Below are positions 36,711-45,366 of a stretch of 55,137 nt of DNA, piece after piece; the first letter of the stretch is position 1, and every line of letters begins with the position of its first letter. Origin of the DNA: a virus (Duplodnaviria > Caudoviricetes); IMG/VR virus record IMGVR_UViG_3300032327_000495, positions 1-55,137 of that record, one strand, 5' to 3'. The notes under the pieces were generated by a model, which saw only the letters and a list, made by a program, of their open reading frames with translations, did no database searches and was not told the origin of the DNA. A program made the position numbers and the translations under genes.

Positions 36711-37036
36711 CGCTTTAATGCTTCCATAGTAATAATTTTAGAAATATGATTACCGAGTTCTTCTTCGTCATTCACAACATATAATGATGTATCCACTCTA
36801 TCATTTCTATGGTCGTATCGTCTAAACTCAACTGCCCAACCACCTGATGCTTTATACATTTTAAATTGTATTGGCTCGCTTGCAAAATCATCACTTTCTC
36901 TGACTGTTGCAATTCCCCTACGAACTTTACTAGTAGCTCTGTTACTACTCAAAGAACCTACAGTTTCAGGTGCATCCTCGTCTGTATACTTGGTTTCATC
37001 AATCTTTGATGATAGCCATTTAAAAAACCATTTCAT
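36707..37036 (-). CDS. hypothetical protein
   Basis: 109 aa; ATGA coupled to the clamp loader. Confidence 0.7.
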   Translation of the reverse strand: MKWFFKWLSSKIDETKYTDEDAPETVGSLSSNRATSKVRRGIATVRESDDFASEPIQFKMYKASGGWAVEFRRYDHRNDRVDTSLYVVNDEEELGNHISKIITMEALKR

Positions 37037-37055
37037 TATTTTTCTTCCTTAAGAT

Positions 37056-37709
37056 TTAGCTTATTTTACTAAATATTGATTCTGTTGTCATGTAATTCGG
37101 TGAAGTATCTTTATGTTTACAATTATCAAAATGGTATGTTTTTAGCTGTCGGACGGCACCAATTTTGTTACAATGCGGGCATGTTGTCGTTGGATATGGT
37201 CCTTTAGAGATACCCTTTTGCCAGTCACTCATTTTTGATAAGTGTTCGGTAGTAAATGGTTTTCTAGCTATACCAGTAAGTTTCATGCTTCTCTTTTTAT
37301 TTGATTCTTCACTTTGAGTTCTTCCTGATAGAGCCTTACTTATTGCCGGTTTCTTGACTCCCAGTTGACGCTCACTATTCCTGCGATTCATTTCCTCAGT
37401 TCGTTTATAACCAATTACACCACTAGGTCCCTCACCCCCGTCGGTTTCATTTCTAAGTATGCCGGTGTTTTTATCTTTTCTACCATACCAGACAATCAAC
37501 CGTCTTTCAATAGCGAACGCACCTGTCTCCGTTAGTGACGATTCAACTATGATTATATTGGCTTTATTTTTTGGGAGATGAATTCTATGCTGTGAAGACC
37601 ATGCTCGGCCATCTTTGCCTTTACCTATATAATACGGGGTTCCGTCTTCCCTCAGATATGCGTATACATAGAATCCTGCTGGAGGATTATATCTAGAATA
37701 AATAGTCAT
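37056..37709 (-). mobile_element. GIY-YIG (Seg-like) homing endonuclease with NUMOD3-like repeats
   Basis: FYVYAY...PYYIGKG..R, AFAIE, LRNETDGGEG; repeated (T/S)(E/T)E...S units; CPHC; AAGGAG SD supports start 37709. Confidence 0.8.
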
Positions 37710-37786
37710 GCTGGTGCTCCTTTTGTAAAACTTTAGCATTAGAGAGGGTAGATGTTGACGCATCGTGATCCTCACTTCTATTTATC
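37707..37786 (-). promoter_or_regulatory. late promoter and structured leader of the GIY-YIG gene
   Basis: GATAAATA (37779-37786); GAGG...GATG-cgtcaa-CATC...CCTC hairpin; ATGCT...AGCAT stem enclosing the SD and pairing with the start codon. Confidence 0.55.
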
Positions 37787-37790
37787 AATT

Positions 37791-38177
37791 TCAGTAAACT
37801 TTATCCGACATGGTCTCGTCTTCCATTGGTGTATCACTAATTAATAAAATATCGTTCGGGTCAACCTTGCGTAGGGTCACTTCGCCCTCTGGTGTTTCAA
37901 CTGTAATTCCACGAGTCCAACGTCCATGACTAATGAGAATATACTTGCCTATTTGTAGTTCCGTGTCTTTTACATCAGGACCTAATCCATAAATCTTTGC
38001 CCAACGAGGACGGATCCCTTCAGATTTTTTATCATCATCCAGTAAGATGATACCACCTTTAGTAATTCGTTGTTCAAACTTCATATCAGATACAATAATA
38101 TGATCATGAAAAAATGTTAGTTTGTCAACTTTGGTTGGACTAAAGGCTGGCTTAGTGTACATGCTTAAATCTGTCAT
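37791..38177 (-). CDS. groES: GroES-like co-chaperonin
   Basis: FFHDHIIV, TKGGIIL, KIYGLGP, IGKYIL, DILLI. Confidence 0.8.
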   Translation of the reverse strand: MTDLSMYTKPAFSPTKVDKLTFFHDHIIVSDMKFEQRITKGGIILLDDDKKSEGIRPRWAKIYGLGPDVKDTELQIGKYILISHGRWTRGITVETPEGEVTLRKVDPNDILLISDTPMEDETMSDKVY

Positions 38178-38536
38178 TTATTTTTCAATTCCTCTGCTTT
38201 GATCTTTTCAATTTCTAAATCATCTTCAAATGAAGATTCTAATTCTAATTCGATTGGTGTAAGTTCTTCTTTGATTTCGGGTTTAATTGGTGCAACTGTA
38301 GCTGGTCTAGTTGTAGAAGGTTTTTCTCTTACTGCATTTGCCGATTTATTACCAACTGTATTAGAATATGCTTTGTTTACTTTTGCAGTTACTGGTTTAA
38401 TAATTCTACCTTGCGAATCAATTGTGTCGCCACGCGCATTTACTTTCATATTGCCAACTGCTCTAGTGTTCTCATTCTTAGCCAGTAGAGCACCCATATC
38501 TACATTCTTTCCCATTGCTGATCTGTAACTTTTCAT
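38174..38536 (-). CDS. hypothetical phage protein
   Basis: 120 aa; AVGNMKVNARGD motif; AAGGA SD. Confidence 0.7.
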   Translation of the reverse strand: MKSYRSAMGKNVDMGALLAKNENTRAVGNMKVNARGDTIDSQGRIIKPVTAKVNKAYSNTVGNKSANAVREKPSTTRPATVAPIKPEIKEELTPIELELESSFEDDLEIEKIKAEELKNK

Positions 38537-38546
38537 AATATTTTCC

Positions 38547-39053
38547 TTATTTTAAAAACTCACCAATATCTAATTGGTAATATAAACTATTTATACGGTG
38601 AATACCGAGTAAAAACAATACAAAACTTGCTACGCTTGAACCTCTACCCACTCCCCATACAATATTGTTTTCACGCATAATGTCAACAAGATACTTTAGA
38701 TAGCGTAATAATACAAACATATCACGCTCTTGAAACAACAATAGTTCTTCACCTGCTCGTTGTAGTTCTGCTTCTCCCCGACACTGATTCAATATATATT
38801 GAGCAATGTCCATTGTTTTATATTGTTCGGGCATTAACCAATTTGACTGCATTTGATTGTCAAACTGTTCTACTGTCATGTCCAACTTATTATATTGAAT
38901 AAGTTCGGGTGCGTTTTCTAATTGTAATACTTCGTCAAACTTAATTTCATTTTCTACTAATGCACGTTTAATGGTACGATTAGGATCCTGCAAATAAAGC
39001 AGACATAATTCCATTTCATTGTAGATTTGTTGACCGTAAATATCAGTTCGCAT
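38547..39053 (-). CDS. stand-alone fragment of DNA polymerase III alpha (DnaE)
   Basis: R...EL..F...LRYLKYLVD...WGVGRGSSVASFVLFLLGI...EFLK; ends before the catalytic DxD. Confidence 0.8.
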   Translation of the reverse strand: MRTDIYGQQIYNEMELCLLYLQDPNRTIKRALVENEIKFDEVLQLENAPELIQYNKLDMTVEQFDNQMQSNWLMPEQYKTMDIAQYILNQCRGEAELQRAGEELLLFQERDMFVLLRYLKYLVDIMRENNIVWGVGRGSSVASFVLFLLGIHRINSLYYQLDIGEFLK

Positions 39054-39059
39054 TGTGTA

Positions 39060-39088
39060 ATGATACACTATCTGATAGGATAAATCAA
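39060..39088 (-). promoter_or_regulatory. sigma70-like promoter, leaderless DnaE fragment
   Basis: TTGATT-17-TATCAT, 6 nt to ATG 39053. Confidence 0.65.
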
Positions 39089-39089
39089 G

Positions 39090-39338
39090 TTATTTGGACT
39101 TGATTTCACCTTCTTTTTCAACACTAACATTTGTTTTGATGTTTTGCTTTTTAAACATCTCATCCATTTGCTTGTTATATTCAGTACGGTAGCTTTCTAG
39201 TACCATTTGTATTTGATGTATCATGGGACCGTTTTGCGTACGGTATGCAAAGGTTAACTTTTTAGTTAACTCTGAGATAGAGTTGGACAAGTCTTCCATA
39301 GACTTGCCCGATAGATCATTGATAAATGGATGTTGCAT
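39090..39338 (-). CDS. hypothetical helical protein
   Basis: 82 aa; TAAATA 5 nt before ATG. Confidence 0.7.
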   Translation of the reverse strand: MQHPFINDLSGKSMEDLSNSISELTKKLTFAYRTQNGPMIHQIQMVLESYRTEYNKQMDEMFKKQNIKTNVSVEKEGEIKSK

Positions 39339-39349
39339 CCAAATATTTA

Positions 39350-41146
39350 TTACCAGTTATTAAGTTGTGTTCTTTTCCATATGCTTGTACCTTCATATAC
39401 AGATACAACCATATTTCCATTTGCAGTTATTAATGACATCTTTTGGCCGGCAATTCCATTTGCTCTTGTTTCAGAAATTGATAATGTAGTTCCATTGGCA
39501 ATATTAGCAATATAATATATTTTATCGGATGTTACACCACCAAATACGTTACCAGAGAATACAATAGGATCGTTATTTGCAATATTGCTAGTACTATTCA
39601 ATGTAACTGTATAGTCAGTTACGGTTGTTACATTCATACTTCCATTTTCAGTCAACAATGCTACCGGTGCCCCACCTTGAGTTGTGGATACTGAAAATGT
39701 TGTTGCGTTAGCAATACTTTGTACAAAATAATCAGTGGTAGTTAAATTACCCATAATACCATTATAACTAGCAACACAATTTCCAGATGTGGTACCTGCG
39801 GTTAATGCAAGATTGCTACCATTAAAAGTAGTACTAACTGTGATATTAGAATTACCCGAATAAATGTTTTTTATATAATATGTTGTTGGTGATAGACCAC
39901 CAAATACATTTCCAGTAAATGCAATTCGACCACCCGTTAACATTCCTGCAGTACTAGATACCGTAATTACATTACCTGTACCATATGTAGCAGTGGCATA
40001 TACATTACTGATAGTACCAGAAAATGCAACTGGATATCCTACTACAAAATTAGCAGTACTCGAAACAGTAATTAAATTACCCGTAGCATTGGTATTTGTA
40101 CCTGTAACCGTTGTAGTTACTATAGAAGTATTTGATGCTGTTTTTGGTATAACTGTTGCATCATAAGAGCCCGATGCAACATACATATAATGTACCGGCG
40201 ATACTACCATTGAACCACTAGCAGTTGATAAATTAACTAAGGCCGCAGGACCCGCAGTAGTACCCGGCGTTGCTGAAATAGTGAATGTAGTTATACTAGG
40301 AATAGAACGTATATAATATGTTGTGCCCGCAGTTACGCCCCCAAATACAACACCAGTAAATTGAACAGGCATATCTAAGTAGAATCCTGCTGTGCTATCA
40401 CATGTAATTATTTCATATGTACCTTCAGTGGCAGTGCATGTAGCAAATGCCAATGAGGTAGCAGTATCTACGCATATTGTTCCCACAACATCACCTTGCT
40501 CACCAATTGGACTAGGAATGCGTTGTTGAATTTGTGTACTTTGTCTTGGTTGATTGTATGGTTCTATTGTAATTGATTCGCCGCAATCTAATGAACTAAA
40601 GCGATAGTCTAAACGATTAACACCATATGGTATACTTAGTGTAGGGGCGCCATTTGAATTAGCATAGTTTTCAATTGTTTCTATTCCCGATGTGCCGTTA
40701 ATAGTAACTTGAGTTGGTAAAGAAATTACTGCTAAATTATTAGATATATTTAATTGTACTTCGACATTACTTTGAGTTCCGCTCGGTGCCCATCCTGTAA
40801 ATTGAATAGTAGTGTTGCCGTTAATTGTTCCGGTTTGCACATCACCCAAACTTGCGTTAATGACAAGAGTGCCAGATATAGCATTACCTAAATTAAAAGT
40901 AGAATGTCTAAATCCTCTGGTTGCAGCATTGCTAATTAATGTATTAGCCATGTCATTATTTAAGGTAGTTCCAGATAATGCCTGTTTTAAAACAACATTG
41001 TTTTGAAGGTCTGTAATCTCAGTGGCTGCAGTATTCAAATCAGTTTTGATAACAGAGAAATTATCTCTAAAACCCTGTGAACTATTATTAATACCCGGCA
41101 CTGGGTAGTTTACATTGATTCCGTTTGTATTGATTGCACTTGTCAT
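39350..41146 (-). CDS. virion structural/fibre protein with internal beta-rich repeats
   Basis: YPVPGINNSSQGFRDNF N-terminal anchor; about four (V/I)xFxG..FGG.....YYI..I repeats; WKR C-terminal motif. Confidence 0.7.
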   Translation of the reverse strand: MTSAINTNGINVNYPVPGINNSSQGFRDNFSVIKTDLNTAATEITDLQNNVVLKQALSGTTLNNDMANTLISNAATRGFRHSTFNLGNAISGTLVINASLGDVQTGTINGNTTIQFTGWAPSGTQSNVEVQLNISNNLAVISLPTQVTINGTSGIETIENYANSNGAPTLSIPYGVNRLDYRFSSLDCGESITIEPYNQPRQSTQIQQRIPSPIGEQGDVVGTICVDTATSLAFATCTATEGTYEIITCDSTAGFYLDMPVQFTGVVFGGVTAGTTYYIRSIPSITTFTISATPGTTAGPAALVNLSTASGSMVVSPVHYMYVASGSYDATVIPKTASNTSIVTTTVTGTNTNATGNLITVSSTANFVVGYPVAFSGTISNVYATATYGTGNVITVSSTAGMLTGGRIAFTGNVFGGLSPTTYYIKNIYSGNSNITVSTTFNGSNLALTAGTTSGNCVASYNGIMGNLTTTDYFVQSIANATTFSVSTTQGGAPVALLTENGSMNVTTVTDYTVTLNSTSNIANNDPIVFSGNVFGGVTSDKIYYIANIANGTTLSISETRANGIAGQKMSLITANGNMVVSVYEGTSIWKRTQLNNW

Positions 41147-41168
41147 AATTATTTGTTCCGTCTAGTAT

Positions 41169-43664
41169 TTAGTATTGTGTTTGATCCGGCAAAATTGTCT
41201 GACGTGGGAATAACACATAAAAGTCTTTACTGTCTAACGGATCCGGGGCAGGAGTTGCACTAGGTAATCCTGTCCAAGATGCCGGAACAGTATGATTATC
41301 ATAGTCATATGTAACAGACTTATCTACACTAAATCTATCAATTTTAAAGTTAATTAAGTTTAATGTGTATGCAGTTCCTGTAGCGTCTTTCCACATTGTT
41401 TCGATGTTGGTCTTAATTGTTTTTGCATATCCGGGTTTGGTATAACAAATTACCCAAGCAGGAGTATAACCCAGAGTACTTCCATTAATTTGTTGACTAG
41501 TCATCCATAATGGTAACAATCTACTATCATATTCTTGTCCAACAACTTGTGCTACACGGTTACGCATATTGTATAAACTGTTTGGATATAGTATTTGTGC
41601 ATACCCAGGAGTTAAACTGGTATAATATTGTTGACCCAATAATTCTTCCCAACTGGTAAAAATATTAGTGCTACTTGTATACCATGGGCCCAATCCTAAA
41701 TCAATTGCTCGGGGCCATCTTATTTGACTATCAATGCTAACACCTTGGGGGTTAACTAAATTATCAATTACATCACTATATACTACTTCATAAATAATGT
41801 CACCTGCACTGTTTCTAGCAACCGCAGTTTTAATTTCACCTAAGGTAATATTTCTCCAATAATGATTTCTTGTCACTGATTGTAAGTACTCTTGTATATC
41901 ACTTGCATATATACCATAAGCATGTTCGTATATGATACTTGTTGATTTACCGAAATACTGATCGTTCGGTCTGTATAATAGATCATTGGGAATAATTGTT
42001 TCGTTGGTCAACAACTCTCGTAAAATTATTCGATCATTGATAGGAGGAGCAGCTTTAATGTACAAGGTGTCTGTGGGTTGAGTAAATTCTTGTAATACAC
42101 TAACTGTAAATGTTTTGCTAGAGAAAACGCTAGGGTAGATAGTTGAATATGCTTGTACAGTAAACGTGTAACTTGAAACAGAACCTTGTTCCAAATAAGT
42201 ATCTGTGGGCTGATCTGCTACCCTGCCAATTATTTCACCGTTACTTGCTAATGATAAATTAGGTGGCAATGAACCCGATGTCAATCTATAATTTAGACTA
42301 ACATCACTAGTTGCTCTTACAAAAAGTGTGCTGATAGTGCCATTAAATAATTGATCTAGATCACTATCAGTAATCCAGTTAATATTTCCTGTAATGTTCT
42401 TTTGTAATGAGAAATTAAAATTATAAAAAGGACTAGCATATTGCGGTGCGTCAGACTTGTAAACACCCACACTAAAATTATAATTACTAATTCCGGTTGA
42501 TGCTAGTACTGGTATACCTGTAATCCACCCCGTATTGACATCACCTGTTAGTCCTGCAGGTAAATCAGCATATATATATTTGATAGGATTTCCGTCAAAA
42601 TCATGACCTATCATTTTAAATGCAAAATATTCATTACTTTGAAAATTTCCCAGATTTGCAAATTGAGTAGGCGAGACTGGTGGTAATATATAATATCCAT
42701 AGTACGGGTCATCATCATTTATAATAAATGTAGGTGGTCTGGTATTATAAATAACAGGTATTCTACTATTATAGGGTTGACCGGGACCTCCCTGATTTAC
42801 GGGTAAATTTTGATTTACAACCGTAATTGAAAAATTACCCAAATCATTACCTAGTGGGCTAGATAATTCTAATGTGAAAGTGTAAGTTCTATTAATGGGA
42901 TTTCCAACAGACACCGGTGGTAATGTAACTATCATTAATCCCGATCCCGTATTCAATATATATTGAGGTCCGTTTTGTGTTGCGGTTATCGTAAAAGTAG
43001 TACTATTTAAAATAGATTTAACATAGTATGTTATGCCGGTGTTAACACCGCCGAATGTTGTTCCAGTAAAAACAACTGGTCTGCCAACACTAAATCCCGC
43101 AGTAGATGATACAATAATTGTATTATTATCATTTAATGTTTCCGATGCCGTTGCAGTTATTGAAGGTTGAGTAATAGTAGATATAGGTGGATTTGGATAT
43201 CCTCTTATAGTTCCTAATAAATCAATTTCTAAACCCGGGGGCAATGCGCCTTCTCTAACTTGAATAAGTATTGGATTATCTGATTTTGGATTGCTATATG
43301 CAATAGGTGCCTCTATCCATATACTGTCCTGAGTAGTTAAAATACTACCATTAGGTGTTAGAAATTGTGGTATAGCAGTACCTGTAATGGTCATACTAAA
43401 TGTTCTGTCTCTTAAATTACCTAAATTATCAGTGGCGCGAATAGTAAATGTTGATATTACATTTGATGTGACAATTGCCGGGGTACCTGATATTATTCCA
43501 TTTAATGTAATTGATAAACCGTCCGGCAATACCCCGCTAATCAGTGCATAGGTAACAGAACTTGCCGGGGCCACTGCACTTGCACTTAATTGAAACAATG
43601 CTGATACTAATGCAGGGTAACTACCTATCGAACCTGCAGGGGTATTCCAAATTGGCTGTGCCAT
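41169..43664 (-). CDS. virion structural protein with putative Ig (He_PIG-like) repeats
   Basis: Repeated G.LP.GL.....G.I.G.P units; one FGG...YYV repeat shared with the neighbouring gene. Confidence 0.7.
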   Translation of the reverse strand: MAQPIWNTPAGSIGSYPALVSALFQLSASAVAPASSVTYALISGVLPDGLSITLNGIISGTPAIVTSNVISTFTIRATDNLGNLRDRTFSMTITGTAIPQFLTPNGSILTTQDSIWIEAPIAYSNPKSDNPILIQVREGALPPGLEIDLLGTIRGYPNPPISTITQPSITATASETLNDNNTIIVSSTAGFSVGRPVVFTGTTFGGVNTGITYYVKSILNSTTFTITATQNGPQYILNTGSGLMIVTLPPVSVGNPINRTYTFTLELSSPLGNDLGNFSITVVNQNLPVNQGGPGQPYNSRIPVIYNTRPPTFIINDDDPYYGYYILPPVSPTQFANLGNFQSNEYFAFKMIGHDFDGNPIKYIYADLPAGLTGDVNTGWITGIPVLASTGISNYNFSVGVYKSDAPQYASPFYNFNFSLQKNITGNINWITDSDLDQLFNGTISTLFVRATSDVSLNYRLTSGSLPPNLSLASNGEIIGRVADQPTDTYLEQGSVSSYTFTVQAYSTIYPSVFSSKTFTVSVLQEFTQPTDTLYIKAAPPINDRIILRELLTNETIIPNDLLYRPNDQYFGKSTSIIYEHAYGIYASDIQEYLQSVTRNHYWRNITLGEIKTAVARNSAGDIIYEVVYSDVIDNLVNPQGVSIDSQIRWPRAIDLGLGPWYTSSTNIFTSWEELLGQQYYTSLTPGYAQILYPNSLYNMRNRVAQVVGQEYDSRLLPLWMTSQQINGSTLGYTPAWVICYTKPGYAKTIKTNIETMWKDATGTAYTLNLINFKIDRFSVDKSVTYDYDNHTVPASWTGLPSATPAPDPLDSKDFYVLFPRQTILPDQTQY

Positions 43665-43665
43665 A

Positions 43666-44286
43666 TTAATGACCCAAATGTTCTAGTGCAATGTGATAAT
43701 GGTGTTCTCTGTCTGCTAGACCAATGGTTCCGCCATTAATTCTTTTTGTCAATGTTACAAAATCATCTTTATCACAATACTGATTTAATTTATTGTTGTC
43801 CCAAAACCAACCTGCACTTGCCACAGCACCGTTTGGTGTTTCTAAATATCTAACAGTATCTTCAATACTCATATCTAGTGCTTCAGCAAAACGAGTATAG
43901 TTATCACGACCTGTCAACTGAATTAAACCACGTCCTCTAAATCTAAAGCCGTCACCCGAGTTTTCATCGCCGTTTTTCATACGATTTGCATAAACACGAT
44001 TAGCAATCATTTCTGGCTTGCGTTCATATTGCTTTGCTAGTTCTTCTGTTGGAAAATATTTTTTAAATGTTCCCATTAAACCCTTTGCAGAATAATTTAA
44101 GTTTTCAATTACTGCGTTGAACCCGCCACTTTCATGTGCGATTTGTGCTAAAAAACCAGCTACTCTTTTTGGATTATCAAACATCTCATAATATTCTGCC
44201 ACTGTGTTTAATGGTTCTACAAAACCTTCTAGTATGTTCTGTCTTGTTTTAGGACACATTGCCTGTAATAATTGTAATGTTATCAT
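43666..44286 (-). CDS. glycoside hydrolase family 19 lysin
   Basis: AGFLAQIAHESGG, FRGRGLIQLTG, AGWFW, TKRINGG; AAGGA SD supports start 44286. Confidence 0.92.
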   Translation of the reverse strand: MITLQLLQAMCPKTRQNILEGFVEPLNTVAEYYEMFDNPKRVAGFLAQIAHESGGFNAVIENLNYSAKGLMGTFKKYFPTEELAKQYERKPEMIANRVYANRMKNGDENSGDGFRFRGRGLIQLTGRDNYTRFAEALDMSIEDTVRYLETPNGAVASAGWFWDNNKLNQYCDKDDFVTLTKRINGGTIGLADREHHYHIALEHLGH

Positions 44287-44305
44287 GTTTATTTCCTTAT
44301 TAAGC

Positions 44306-45274
44306 TTATGCTGCACCCACTGTATACCATTGAGTTGTGGTAGGAGCAATAAATTGAATTGTTGCAGTTCCCTGTGAGAAACTTGCGTCAGTACCTAAAC
44401 TGTTAATCTGGGCGCCTGATGCTGGATATACTAATAATGCATTAGCATCTGTATTAGTGATAGTAATTGACATACCTGCAATTGCCAATGGTAACACAAC
44501 GCCTGAACCAGTTGATACAGTAGATACTATGTTAAATTCTTTTGTCAATCCAGTTGCATCAGATTGAACAGTGCCTGCTGCTGAAATAGCAGTATCAACT
44601 GAACGTATCTGATATCCAGTTGATATTATATTTGCACCACTAACATCACCTGTAGCAGTAATTAAACCAGCAGTACCTATGTTGCCTATGTTAGCATTAC
44701 CACTTACTGATAAGGAAATCAATGTACCAATACTAGTGATGTTTGGTTGTGCATTAGTTGTTACAGTTCCAGCAGTAGTAGATAATGCTACAGTACCCGA
44801 TATGTTAGCACCTTGTATGTTACTTAAATTATTTCCTGACCCTACAAAATAGTTAGCAGATGCTACATTTCCTAAACTTGCATTTCCAGCAATGGATAGA
44901 TTACCACTAATATTTGCGTTGCCTGATAATACCATATTACCTATAGAAAAAGTATTAGGTACGACAACGTACAATGTTTGAGTGGCTGAGGTATATACAG
45001 CAGAACTAGACAATACAGACAAACTAGTTCCAAATGTTAAATTAGGTGATGATACAGTAACACTCGATATATTAGCGGTAACTACAACATTTCCACTTGG
45101 GCTGTTAACTGTAATGCCCGCACCAGGTGATCTATTTATTGAATTAACCGAGGAATTAGTAAGACCGGCATAAACTTCATTAAAATTATTTTGTACTTTT
45201 TGGAATGCCGTTCTTATTGCATCCGCTGATGGATCATCAGGAAATGTGCCGAAATCTATATTTTGCTGACTCAT
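44306..45274 (-). CDS. fibre/baseplate-associated structural protein
   Basis: IDFGTFPDDPSADAIRTAFQKVQNNFNEVY anchor; GN-rich beta-helix-like repeats. Confidence 0.7.
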   Translation of the reverse strand: MSQQNIDFGTFPDDPSADAIRTAFQKVQNNFNEVYAGLTNSSVNSINRSPGAGITVNSPSGNVVVTANISSVTVSSPNLTFGTSLSVLSSSAVYTSATQTLYVVVPNTFSIGNMVLSGNANISGNLSIAGNASLGNVASANYFVGSGNNLSNIQGANISGTVALSTTAGTVTTNAQPNITSIGTLISLSVSGNANIGNIGTAGLITATGDVSGANIISTGYQIRSVDTAISAAGTVQSDATGLTKEFNIVSTVSTGSGVVLPLAIAGMSITITNTDANALLVYPASGAQINSLGTDASFSQGTATIQFIAPTTTQWYTVGAA

Positions 45275-45324
45275 ATATGTTATACCTTATCTACTATTTA
45301 TCGTTGTTGATAAAACGAATGACC

Positions 45325-45354
45325 AAAAAAAATACCCGTTGCCGGGCATTTTTT
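45325..45354 (-). terminator. intrinsic terminator
   Basis: TGCCCG-GCAA-CGGGTA-T8 after the 919-aa gene; flanked by A6, so possibly bidirectional. Confidence 0.85.
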
Positions 45355-45366
45355 AAGCAGATTTAA

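Noticed and set aside
4577-44349. Longest-ORF starts in the track (4840, 6790, 7596, 10781, 21589, 37775, 39068, 44349)
   Set aside because: Downstream ATGs (4774, 6727, 7560, 10823, 21577, 37709, 39053, 44286) have better SD, promoter or coupling support and mostly avoid overlaps
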